Source: Thermodesulfovibrionales bacterium (GTDB lineage Bacteria > Nitrospirota > Thermodesulfovibrionia > Thermodesulfovibrionales > CALJEL01). Taken from it: a stretch of 64,000 nucleotides of DNA. This document shows positions 27,376 through 35,586 of the stretch, piece after piece. The notes under the pieces are model-generated. The model searched no databases. It was not told the DNA's origin and was given only the letters and a program-made list of their open reading frames with translations. How positions within the stretch are numbered: the first letter of the stretch is position 1; each line of letters opens with the position of its first letter. Location of the stretch: contig JAOACK010000005.1 in the NCBI GenBank assembly GCA_026417875.1, forward strand, positions 5,062 through 69,061, given 5' to 3'. The position numbers were made by a program, and so were the translations under genes.

Positions 27376-28809
27376 TCAGAGTTTGAAGATAATCTTTATC
27401 CTTGCACCCCGTTCTGACTCAATCTTCATACATCCATTCAGGTCTTCTCTTACAATGTCCGAGACTATTCTCAATCCTAGATTGGCATCTCTTTCTAAAT
27501 CAAAATCAGCAGGAAATCCGATTCCATTATCGGAGAACTCAAGATTTACCATACCGTCCTGCATATCTGTTATTTTTACATTGATTCTTCCAAATAGTCT
27601 TTCTCTAAAACCATGTTTTATACTGTTTGTTACAAGTTCATTAACAATTATTGCTATATTTGTTGCCTTTCTTGAATCAAGTGATACAGATGATGAGCCT
27701 GTTATTGCGAAATTAAGAAATTTATTTTCTATATTTGAAAGCTGAAGCCCTGATTCCACAATCTTCTCACAGAGTTCTGCTAGATTTACAGTTGAGCTAT
27801 CCTCCTTTGAAAGAAGCTGATGAACATAGGCTATACTTCTTACCCTCATGAGATTATCAATCATAAGTTCCTTTGTTGAAGGGTCATGACACTGCTGAAG
27901 CTGAAGAAGGAAGAGCCCTGAGAGTATCTGGAGGTTATTCTTGATCCTGTGATGAGCATCCCTGCAGATATTCATAATACGTCTGTTCTTCTTTTCCATT
28001 ATTGTATAAAGATGGCTGTTTTCCACTGCAACAGATATGATCCTGGCAATGTTTGTCAGAAGGGATACCTCTTCAATGGATAAATAATGTATCCTGTCAA
28101 GCATCATGCAAACAATTCCTGTAAGCTGGTTCTTGGTTAAGAGTCCGAGACCTATCTTGGTGCTCGGACCCGACACAGCAGAAAGGGTAACACAGTCCTC
28201 TGTCTCTATGAGTTCAGGTCTCTTAAGAGAACCTCTTGGTAAATAATCAATCTGTCTGTAACATTTTAATCCTGAATCACTGTAATAGGTATGATAAACA
28301 GCTATGGGAGGTTTATGTAAAAAAAGCTCCTTGCATATATGAGTGCCAACTGTTAATTCCTTTTCAACAAATTCATGTTCTTCTCCTGCAACTGCCTCAA
28401 AGCTTAGCACCGTGTCAAGCAGAACAGGACATTCAAAGCATACTGTCATCTTTTCTTCAAAATTTTTGGTAGAGCTGTTATCGGGTTTACACTGTGTACC
28501 TGGTATTGACCAGCATCTCTGATCATCGTTGCAATAGGCAGGGCAGGTAACCTTTCCGCATTCCACATATTCCCAGCATTTCTTAAGTCTCTCTGGATTC
28601 AATGACCAGAATACCACAGTCTTTGCATTGAGAATGGGTTTTATAATCTCCAGTATACTGGTGATAAGGGCTTTTGATCTTGGATAGGCTATAATAGCAT
28701 CCGATATAGCAAACAGTGCCTCGAGAGCCTTTTCCTGAGATTCAACAATTGATCTTAACCTTTCTATCTCTTTCAGTTCATTCTCACCTATGGACAATTG
28801 ATAATCCAT
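27376..28809 (-). CDS. Sensor histidine kinase (HisKA_2/HWE-like) with an N-terminal Cys-rich 'CW' module and a GAF-like region
   Basis: 477 aa. The phosphoacceptor box is DAHHRIKNNLQILSGL, and the HATPase region includes ELVTNSIKHGF and DNGIGFP. The N-terminal CWEYVECGKVTCPAYCNDDQRCWSIPGTQC plus CFECP suggests a metal- or redox-sensing module. No TM helices are evident. Confidence 0.8.
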   Translation of the reverse strand: MDYQLSIGENELKEIERLRSIVESQEKALEALFAISDAIIAYPRSKALITSILEIIKPILNAKTVVFWSLNPERLKKCWEYVECGKVTCPAYCNDDQRCWSIPGTQCKPDNSSTKNFEEKMTVCFECPVLLDTVLSFEAVAGEEHEFVEKELTVGTHICKELFLHKPPIAVYHTYYSDSGLKCYRQIDYLPRGSLKRPELIETEDCVTLSAVSGPSTKIGLGLLTKNQLTGIVCMMLDRIHYLSIEEVSLLTNIARIISVAVENSHLYTIMEKKNRRIMNICRDAHHRIKNNLQILSGLFLLQLQQCHDPSTKELMIDNLMRVRSIAYVHQLLSKEDSSTVNLAELCEKIVESGLQLSNIENKFLNFAITGSSSVSLDSRKATNIAIIVNELVTNSIKHGFRERLFGRINVKITDMQDGMVNLEFSDNGIGFPADFDLERDANLGLRIVSDIVREDLNGCMKIESERGARIKIIFKL

Positions 28810-28926
28810 ACTAAATTAATTTTATCAAAATATAAAAGAAAAATAAAACATTTTTAAAAAAGGGTAATTTGCCCCTGAAGATGGGTAAAATAACCCATTT
28901 TAAAGAAATTTTTCACCTGCAAATGA

Positions 28927-28941
28927 TGGCCTATATTTTGC
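28927..28941 (+). promoter_or_regulatory. Candidate sigma-54 promoter upstream of the 13-haem cytochrome gene
   Basis: TGGCCT-ATATT-TTGC has correct GG/GC spacing, but only 14 nt separate it from the ATG at 28955, so the transcript would be nearly leaderless. It is preceded by the palindrome ATGGGTAAAATAACCCAT (28881-28898). Confidence 0.4.
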
Positions 28942-28954
28942 TATTATAGAAAAT

Positions 28955-30211
28955 ATGAGAATAATATCACTGGTTTTATTCCTGATACACCTCTTAAGTT
29001 CAGTATCTTCTTCAGAAGATTCCTGTACAGCCAGATGCCATCAGCCCATGCTCAAGGGAAAGAATATCCATCCACCGGCTTATTCCTGTGAAAGCTGTCA
29101 TTTACTCCTTGGAGACAGGCATCCGGTAAAGAATAAAAAAACCTTTAGTCTTATATCAGAGGTACCATTGCTTTGCTGGACATGCCATCAGGAACCAAAA
29201 CCTTTATCTTCAACCCATCCACCCTTTAAACAGGGACTCTGTACAGGCTGTCATAATCCCCATGAATCCGAGCACAGTGGTCTCCTGAAGGAATCTCCTG
29301 AAAAGGTATGCCTGTCCTGTCATGAAGACAAACATAAAGGAAATTTTCTTCATGGACCATCTGCCGCTGGAGACTGTTTTTACTGTCATGGTGCCCATCA
29401 ATCAGAAAAAAAATTTCTTTTAAAAAATAAGGAGCCAGACCTCTGTCTTGACTGCCATTATGATATCTCAATAGAACTTAAAAAACCCTCTATACATCCA
29501 GCCATTAATTCCGGTTGCTCCTCCTGCCATAATCCCCATGCCTCTAACTATAGAAAATTTCTTATCAATCAGGGCGACAGACTCTGTTTCTCCTGTCATC
29601 CATTGATTGAAGAAAAAATAAGCAGATCAAAATCAGTTCACAGACCTATTAAGACTGATAAAGCCTGTGCATCCTGCCATTTACCTCACTCAAGCTCGGG
29701 CACAAAACTCATGGAAAAGTCTGGTATGGATGCCTGCCTTGAGTGCCATAAGAAATTCATAGATATAAAAAGAGACAGGTATCTTCACGGGCCTATTAAT
29801 AATGGAGATTGCTCTTCCTGTCATGACAGTCATGGAAGCCAGTATAGAAAACTTCTTGTAATGGATTTTCCAGAAGAGTTATATGTGCCTTATAACGAAA
29901 AAGCCTATGCGCTGTGCTTTTCCTGTCATAACAGAGATCTGCTCAGATACCCGGACACAAGTTTTGCCACAGGATTCAGGGATGGAAACAGGAACCTACA
30001 CTATCTTCATGTCAATAAAAAGGACAAGGGCAGAAGCTGCAGGTTCTGCCATACAATCCATGGAGGTACCCTTCCAAAATTAATTGCAGAAAAAGTAAGA
30101 TTCGGAAACTGGGACCTTCCAGTTGGTTTCACTAAAACCGAAACAGGTGGAACCTGCGCACCTGGCTGTCACAGAAAATATACATACGATAGAAAAACCA
30201 GAGCAAGATGA
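28955..30211 (+). CDS. Multihaem c-type cytochrome (13 CXXCH plus 2 CX3CH motifs)
   Basis: 418 aa with a signal peptide. The regularly spaced motifs are CESCH, CWTCH, CTGCH, CLSCH, CFYCH, CLDCH, CSSCH, CFSCH, CASCH, CLECH, CSSCH, CFSCH and CRFCH, plus CTARCH and CAPGCH. The repeats are cytochrome c7/c3-like. Confidence 0.9.
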   Translation: MRIISLVLFLIHLLSSVSSSEDSCTARCHQPMLKGKNIHPPAYSCESCHLLLGDRHPVKNKKTFSLISEVPLLCWTCHQEPKPLSSTHPPFKQGLCTGCHNPHESEHSGLLKESPEKVCLSCHEDKHKGNFLHGPSAAGDCFYCHGAHQSEKKFLLKNKEPDLCLDCHYDISIELKKPSIHPAINSGCSSCHNPHASNYRKFLINQGDRLCFSCHPLIEEKISRSKSVHRPIKTDKACASCHLPHSSSGTKLMEKSGMDACLECHKKFIDIKRDRYLHGPINNGDCSSCHDSHGSQYRKLLVMDFPEELYVPYNEKAYALCFSCHNRDLLRYPDTSFATGFRDGNRNLHYLHVNKKDKGRSCRFCHTIHGGTLPKLIAEKVRFGNWDLPVGFTKTETGGTCAPGCHRKYTYDRKTRAR

Positions 30212-30486
30212 GTATTCCTGAAAGAAAATCCAGAAGGAAAAAGATTTTTCAGGAGATATCCATAAATATACCTGGGGAAGCCAGCAGTAATTTCAAAGGC
30301 GTACTATTAGATATAAGTGAAGAAGGGCTGGGGCTTTCAACAGAATATCCCCTGAAGCCAGGACAGCTAATAGAGATAATAATGCAGGAAGGTATTGTTA
30401 CAGGCACTGTCATGTGGACTTTTAAAAGGAATGGTCTTTTCAGGGCAGGGATCTACAGGAATAGTATAAGAAAGAAATCTATTTGA
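30208..30486 (+). CDS. PilZ-domain protein (putative c-di-GMP receptor)
   Basis: 92 aa with RKSRR (RxxxR) and DISEEG (DxSxxG) motifs at the correct spacing. Its ATG overlaps the cytochrome TGA (ATGA). Confidence 0.7.
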   Translation: MSIPERKSRRKKIFQEISINIPGEASSNFKGVLLDISEEGLGLSTEYPLKPGQLIEIIMQEGIVTGTVMWTFKRNGLFRAGIYRNSIRKKSI

Positions 30487-30515
30487 ATAACCAAATTTAT
30501 TAATGTAATATATTT

Positions 30516-31940
30516 ATGAAACATGTAAACTTTTTAAATCGGGGTCAAAACATGATGACTGCAATAAACAGTCCTGAGGCTTCAGGCTTCAGAAAGAAAG
30601 CCCTTGTTGTGGATGATGAATCCATAATAAGACTTTCACTGAAAAAATTTCTTGAGGATGAGGGATTTATCTCCCTTACTTCAAGCACAGGTATGGATGC
30701 CCTTAAAAAGATTGAAGAGGACCATCCAGATTTAGTAATCCTTGATATCCAGCTTCCTGACTCAAATGGATTAAACCTCCTTAAAACAATTAAGGAGATG
30801 AATCCATCAATAACAGTGATCATGATAACAGGGCATGCAGATGTGAAAGGTGCTGTTGAGGCAATGAAGATTGGCGCCCTTGATTATCTTGAAAAACCAA
30901 TAGATTTCAAAAATCTCAAAGAAACCCTTTCAAGATTAAGGTTTGATGTTCAAGAACATGCTACCGAAGCAGAAGGTTTGATTACCTTAAATCCAAGGAT
31001 GAAGGAGATTTACAGGGTAGCAGAAAGGCTCGCCACAAAGTCAGATGTAACAATACTTGTTCTCGGTGAAAGCGGAACCGGTAAAAATTTTCTTTGCAAA
31101 AAACTCCATGATATAAGTCCTAGAAGGAACATGCCTTTTGTAGAGGTAAGCTGTTCAAACATACCCGAACATCTAATAGAAAGTGAGCTTTTTGGATACG
31201 AAAAAGGTGCCTTTACTGATGCAAAGAACCTGAAAAAGGGTCTTGTTGAAATAGCCCATGGAGGAACCATATTCCTTGATGAAATAGGTGACATGCCCTA
31301 TCCTATGCAGTCAAAACTTCTCACTCTTATTGAAGAAAAAAGATTCAGAAGGATCGGGGGTCTGCAGTTCCTAAGAACAGATGTAAGGATACTTGCTGCA
31401 ACCAATAAAAACCTGCAGCAGCTGGTACATGAAGGAAAATTCAGGCTTGACCTTTATTACAGATTAAATGTGGCTACTGTGGAACTGCTACCTCTTAGAG
31501 AAAGAAAGGAAGATATTCCACTACTGGCAAACAATTTCTTAAAACATTACACCGAAAAATACAGTACCGGTAAGAAAACCTTCACAGAGCAAACAATTGA
31601 GGCAATGCAGAGATACAGCTGGCCAGGAAATATAAGGGAATTAAAAAATCTTGTAGAAAAGCTTGTCATACTTTCAAAATCTTATGAGATTGGAATCCAT
31701 GACCTGCCAGAATATTTTTTAAAAAATGAGACAACATGTCCATCAGAGGAATTAAAAACTTTTGAAAGAAGTTTCGCTAACCTCTCGCTTAGGGACATAG
31801 AAATAGAATGTATAAGAAAAGCCCTCCAAATTGCCAGAGGAAATCAAAAAAAGGCTGCTGAACTGCTCAATATAAGCAGGGATACACTCCGCTACCGCTT
31901 AAAAAAACTAGGTATCAGGGCTTCAGAATACAAAAGGTGA
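30516..31940 (+). CDS. Sigma-54-dependent response regulator (NtrC-family bEBP: REC + AAA+ + Fis-type HTH)
   Basis: 474 aa.
- Receiver domain: ALVVDDE ... LVILDIQLPDSNG.
- AAA+ domain: Walker A GESGTGKN, sigma-54 contact loop ELFGYEKGAFTDA, and Walker B IFLDEIGDM.
- C-terminal HTH: GNQKKAAELLNISRDTLRYRLKKLGI.
The true start may be the internal ATG near 30552. Confidence 0.9.
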   Translation: MKHVNFLNRGQNMMTAINSPEASGFRKKALVVDDESIIRLSLKKFLEDEGFISLTSSTGMDALKKIEEDHPDLVILDIQLPDSNGLNLLKTIKEMNPSITVIMITGHADVKGAVEAMKIGALDYLEKPIDFKNLKETLSRLRFDVQEHATEAEGLITLNPRMKEIYRVAERLATKSDVTILVLGESGTGKNFLCKKLHDISPRRNMPFVEVSCSNIPEHLIESELFGYEKGAFTDAKNLKKGLVEIAHGGTIFLDEIGDMPYPMQSKLLTLIEEKRFRRIGGLQFLRTDVRILAATNKNLQQLVHEGKFRLDLYYRLNVATVELLPLRERKEDIPLLANNFLKHYTEKYSTGKKTFTEQTIEAMQRYSWPGNIRELKNLVEKLVILSKSYEIGIHDLPEYFLKNETTCPSEELKTFERSFANLSLRDIEIECIRKALQIARGNQKKAAELLNISRDTLRYRLKKLGIRASEYKR

Positions 31941-31944
31941 ATAA

Positions 31945-33693
31945 TCATGGATATCTGGAATTTGACTCATTATGGAGCCTTCCGTGACAGTTCAGAACAC
32001 AGGATCCTGAAAAGCTTCCATAGTCAATAAACTTTGGATACAGATTTCCCTCGGCAGGCTGAACAATCCTTGTATCAAAATTTATAAGATGGGTGTGGTC
32101 ACCAGATTCAGGTGATAGCTCAACACCATGGGGATCATGACAGGCTGCGCATGATATAGCATTAAAAAGATGACCGCTATGACCTCCTCTTCCCGAAATA
32201 TTTCTCTGAAAACTCTCATCCCTTAAAATACTATCCCTGTTATGACATCTATAGCAAAGGGCATAATTATTATAGGACTCAGGAATTCCATCATCAGTCT
32301 CGTACCTCTCAGCAAGTATGGGTCTGAACCGCGATCCATGAACACCCCTTGCACCACTTCCTCCTACATCAGGACTGTCATCAGCCTGATGGCAGTCACT
32401 GCATCTGATAATGCTTGAGTATGTGAGGTCAGGTCTAAGGCTGCTGGGGATACTGGGTACAGCAGGATTTTTACCAGCTTCAATCACGGGGTGGTAGGAT
32501 GGGTTTGATGGACTGAACTCTATCCTTGTATTAACAGTATTTACTACCCTTGGCACAAAAGGAATTGAACCGCTTGAATCACCGTGACATTTAAAACATA
32601 ATTCATATTCATAAGTGACCTCCCTTACAGGGCCACCATTTCTGTCAATACCTTTTACACCGAGAAGCCTTCCTCCCGCATAGGGTGGGAGAGCATTACC
32701 ATCATTTACGGTATGAGGATTATGGCAATCAACACATTCCACATGTCCCCAAAGGGGAATCTCTTCTTCTGGCTTATGATAGGATGCAGTTATTCCTGTT
32801 GTTGTATCTTCAACAGGGTGTCTTGATATTCTTTGAAACTGAGAATAGACATCCTTTTGAGCTACATTTCCATTATGACATTTATAACAATTTCTTTCCT
32901 CCTCCTGATGATAAAGCAATCTCTCTCTTCCTTGTGCCCCATGAGGTGTATGACAGTTTTCACATCCATTTTCAGATACTGTAAGCCATCCAAAATCCGT
33001 TCCTCTTCCAGTAAAGGGCCAGGGATTAGGTTCAGCGCCATTCCAGACTGAAACAGAGGTCTTGTGGCTAGATGATTCCCAGCGATTTTTCATGTGGCAT
33101 TTAAGGCACAACCCTGAATACCTGTTATCAACAGCAAGAAACTTTCCATATTGATTATTATGGGGATCATGACAGGTGGAACAATGTATATTATACTGGA
33201 AGCCATAAAAGGTAAGGTCCCGGGGTGGCATGGGCACTATCTCGGGATTTGAAATCGAATCAAAATAGGAAAAAGAAACAGGATGGTCATCAGAAAGGTC
33301 AGTGCCTATATAGGACCTTCTATCGAGTGTGATCCTACCAGCAACCTCTATTCCACCCATTGGTCTCAGGACCATCCCCACAGCAACTATGCCATCATGA
33401 CAGCTAAGACAGAGTCTTGAAGGACCTTCAGGTTGTGCTGGAGACGCCCTGAGGGTTGAGCTCGCGTAAATATCATAATTCAGAGGTTCAAGTTCTCTGT
33501 TCCATAATGGAGTGAGGGGTTTTGCATTGTGAGGTGTATGACAGAACACACATATCCTTGTCTCTGAAAGTGCCTTTATCTCGCCAGGACCTGTAACTGA
33601 TAGATTGTGTTTTGTTCCGACAATACCGGTTGAAGCCTGAAGAGAGGATACCGTAACGAATGCAATAATCAACTCGATGACTATTTTTTTCAT
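31945..33693 (-). CDS. Multihaem c-type cytochrome (11 CXXCH plus 1 CX3CH)
   Basis: 582 aa with a signal peptide. The N-terminal signature is GTKHNL...ICVFCHTPHNAKPLTPLWN. The remaining motifs are CLSCH, CSTCH, CLKCH, CENCH, CYKCH, CVDCH, CFKCH, CSDCH, CYRCH, CAACH and CVLNCH. It is the last gene of the operon, and its start overlaps the upstream stop. Confidence 0.9.
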   Translation of the reverse strand: MKKIVIELIIAFVTVSSLQASTGIVGTKHNLSVTGPGEIKALSETRICVFCHTPHNAKPLTPLWNRELEPLNYDIYASSTLRASPAQPEGPSRLCLSCHDGIVAVGMVLRPMGGIEVAGRITLDRRSYIGTDLSDDHPVSFSYFDSISNPEIVPMPPRDLTFYGFQYNIHCSTCHDPHNNQYGKFLAVDNRYSGLCLKCHMKNRWESSSHKTSVSVWNGAEPNPWPFTGRGTDFGWLTVSENGCENCHTPHGAQGRERLLYHQEEERNCYKCHNGNVAQKDVYSQFQRISRHPVEDTTTGITASYHKPEEEIPLWGHVECVDCHNPHTVNDGNALPPYAGGRLLGVKGIDRNGGPVREVTYEYELCFKCHGDSSGSIPFVPRVVNTVNTRIEFSPSNPSYHPVIEAGKNPAVPSIPSSLRPDLTYSSIIRCSDCHQADDSPDVGGSGARGVHGSRFRPILAERYETDDGIPESYNNYALCYRCHNRDSILRDESFQRNISGRGGHSGHLFNAISCAACHDPHGVELSPESGDHTHLINFDTRIVQPAEGNLYPKFIDYGSFSGSCVLNCHGRLHNESNSRYP

Positions 33694-34667
33694 CTCTCCC
33701 TCTTCAGTTTGAATACCTGAATCCTCTGGTTATAGGTATCACATATATAAATATTCTCTGAAGTATCAATAAATATACAGGAAGGTAGCCAGAACTCAGC
33801 CTCACCCTTTCCCCTGGCACCCAGGGTGAGGAGAAATTCCCCTTTTTCATTGAAAAGCTGAACATTATCAAAAAGGGCATCAACCACATAGATTATCCCG
33901 TCCCTGTCAGCTCCCACTCCCTTGGGCATGGCAAAGTCTCCAGAACCATTTCCATGGTGACCGAAGAGATTTATAAGTGAACCGTCCTTTCTGAAAATCT
34001 GTATTCTGAAATTCATTGCATCAGTAACATACAGTCTGTCAGAAAGAGCTATATAAGTCGGAAAATTGAATTTCCCCGGCTCCTCTCCCCTTCCACCAAA
34101 GTGAAAAAGAGGCTTACCATCATGATAAACTGCACTCACAACATTTCTTAAAGTATCAACAACATAAAGGATTCCGGTCTCTCTGTCACAAACAAGCCCT
34201 GTAGGTTTGCTGAAACCATCTATAAATCCTCCATATCTACCTTCACTATCATATATAAAAACCTTTCCACGTAGAGAATCACTTACATAAAGTCTGTTAC
34301 TTTCATCAAAGGCAACACCAGCAGGTGAAAGAAGTTCACCGGAATCTATTTTGAAGAGGGTAATATATCTGCCATCCTCGGGTATAAAAAGATGAACACA
34401 TCCGCAACCACCATCAGCTATAGCAATCCTTCCATCACTTCCTTTTGCAAATGCCAGGGGTTTAATAAGCCTCACTTCCGTTCTACCAGTAAAAAAAGAA
34501 CGTAGGATATAATTTTTTTCCTTAAAACCATAAATCATTCCACCATAAACAATCTTACCGGACTGGTGGTACCATGAATGAGTCTTGGAAGAATCCTCAT
34601 GAAGAATGGACCATGAAGATGCACAGGCTGAAATGAAAAATATAATTAAAACAGGCAGCAGCTTCAT
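33690..34667 (-). CDS. NHL-repeat six-bladed beta-propeller lipoprotein
   Basis: 325 aa with a lipobox (FFISAC). NHL-type blades repeat throughout (PTGLVCDRETGILYVVDTLRN, PKGVGADRDGIIYVVDALFDNVQLFNEKGEF, IYICDTYNQRIQVF). Confidence 0.8.
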   Translation of the reverse strand: MKLLPVLIIFFISACASSWSILHEDSSKTHSWYHQSGKIVYGGMIYGFKEKNYILRSFFTGRTEVRLIKPLAFAKGSDGRIAIADGGCGCVHLFIPEDGRYITLFKIDSGELLSPAGVAFDESNRLYVSDSLRGKVFIYDSEGRYGGFIDGFSKPTGLVCDRETGILYVVDTLRNVVSAVYHDGKPLFHFGGRGEEPGKFNFPTYIALSDRLYVTDAMNFRIQIFRKDGSLINLFGHHGNGSGDFAMPKGVGADRDGIIYVVDALFDNVQLFNEKGEFLLTLGARGKGEAEFWLPSCIFIDTSENIYICDTYNQRIQVFKLKRER

Positions 34668-35578
34668 CTCTCTAAAACCTTCAATCTTTCTTCGTATATC
34701 TTTATCTCAGCACCTTTTTTTAATTCTTCTTTCCATTCTAACTCCCTCTTTTTCAATGCATTGGGGAAAAGCCTGTTTTCAAGATACACCCTCATCTCCT
34801 CAAGAGATGGGTACCTCTCCCCAGAATAATCAACAAGTTTGATAATATGCAAACCGTCAGTGGACTTAATCAATCCCGATAATTCTCCTGGTTTTAGCTT
34901 TTTTGCCTCTTCATAAAGTTCCTTGTGTTTCTCCCTGTTGAGCCTTATCTGGTTTATTATGAATGTTCCATCCTGAACAAGCCTCCAAGGATCACCATTA
35001 TATTCATTTTTTATTTTTGTAAGGAGTAATTCTGCTTTTTTTTCCATATCATCAGTATCTTTCAGAAATCTCAAATCAACAACTATAACCTTCTCTGGAA
35101 GTTTAAATTTCCCTTTCTCCTTCTCATAGTCAGCCTTTATATCATCCTCAGTAATCACGACTTTTTTTATAACCTCCTCAACATAAAGCATCTCCAGAAG
35201 AAGTTTTCTTTCAATTAATGAATAAAGTGATTCCTCTGATAAACCCTCTTTTTTAAGATAATCCGAGAATCCTCTTTCTCCAAGTCCTATTTTCAGTTCC
35301 ATAATTGCATTTTTAACATTTTTTTCATCAACTGTCATGCCAAGCTTTTTTGCTCTCTGAAAGGCTAGCTCTTCTATGATAATATTCTCAAGTATTTCTC
35401 TTACAGAGTCAACTGACGATGAGCCGACCTTTTGAGACAACAAATTCAGAAAATTAGAAAGATATACGGGATTTCCGTTTATCTCAGCAACGACGGCCTC
35501 TGGAAGCCTCTCCTCTGCAGAAATAGTATGAGCTAACAGAAGAACAATTATTAAACCCATAATAAAAAATCTAATCAT
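34664..35578 (-). CDS. SurA/PrsA-like parvulin-type peptidyl-prolyl isomerase (periplasmic chaperone)
   Basis: 304 aa with a signal peptide, a SurA-N-like helical region and a parvulin core (LKPGELSGLIKSTDGLHIIKL). Confidence 0.72.
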   Translation of the reverse strand: MIRFFIMGLIIVLLLAHTISAEERLPEAVVAEINGNPVYLSNFLNLLSQKVGSSSVDSVREILENIIIEELAFQRAKKLGMTVDEKNVKNAIMELKIGLGERGFSDYLKKEGLSEESLYSLIERKLLLEMLYVEEVIKKVVITEDDIKADYEKEKGKFKLPEKVIVVDLRFLKDTDDMEKKAELLLTKIKNEYNGDPWRLVQDGTFIINQIRLNREKHKELYEEAKKLKPGELSGLIKSTDGLHIIKLVDYSGERYPSLEEMRVYLENRLFPNALKKRELEWKEELKKGAEIKIYEERLKVLER

Positions 35579-35586
35579 CCTGCCTC

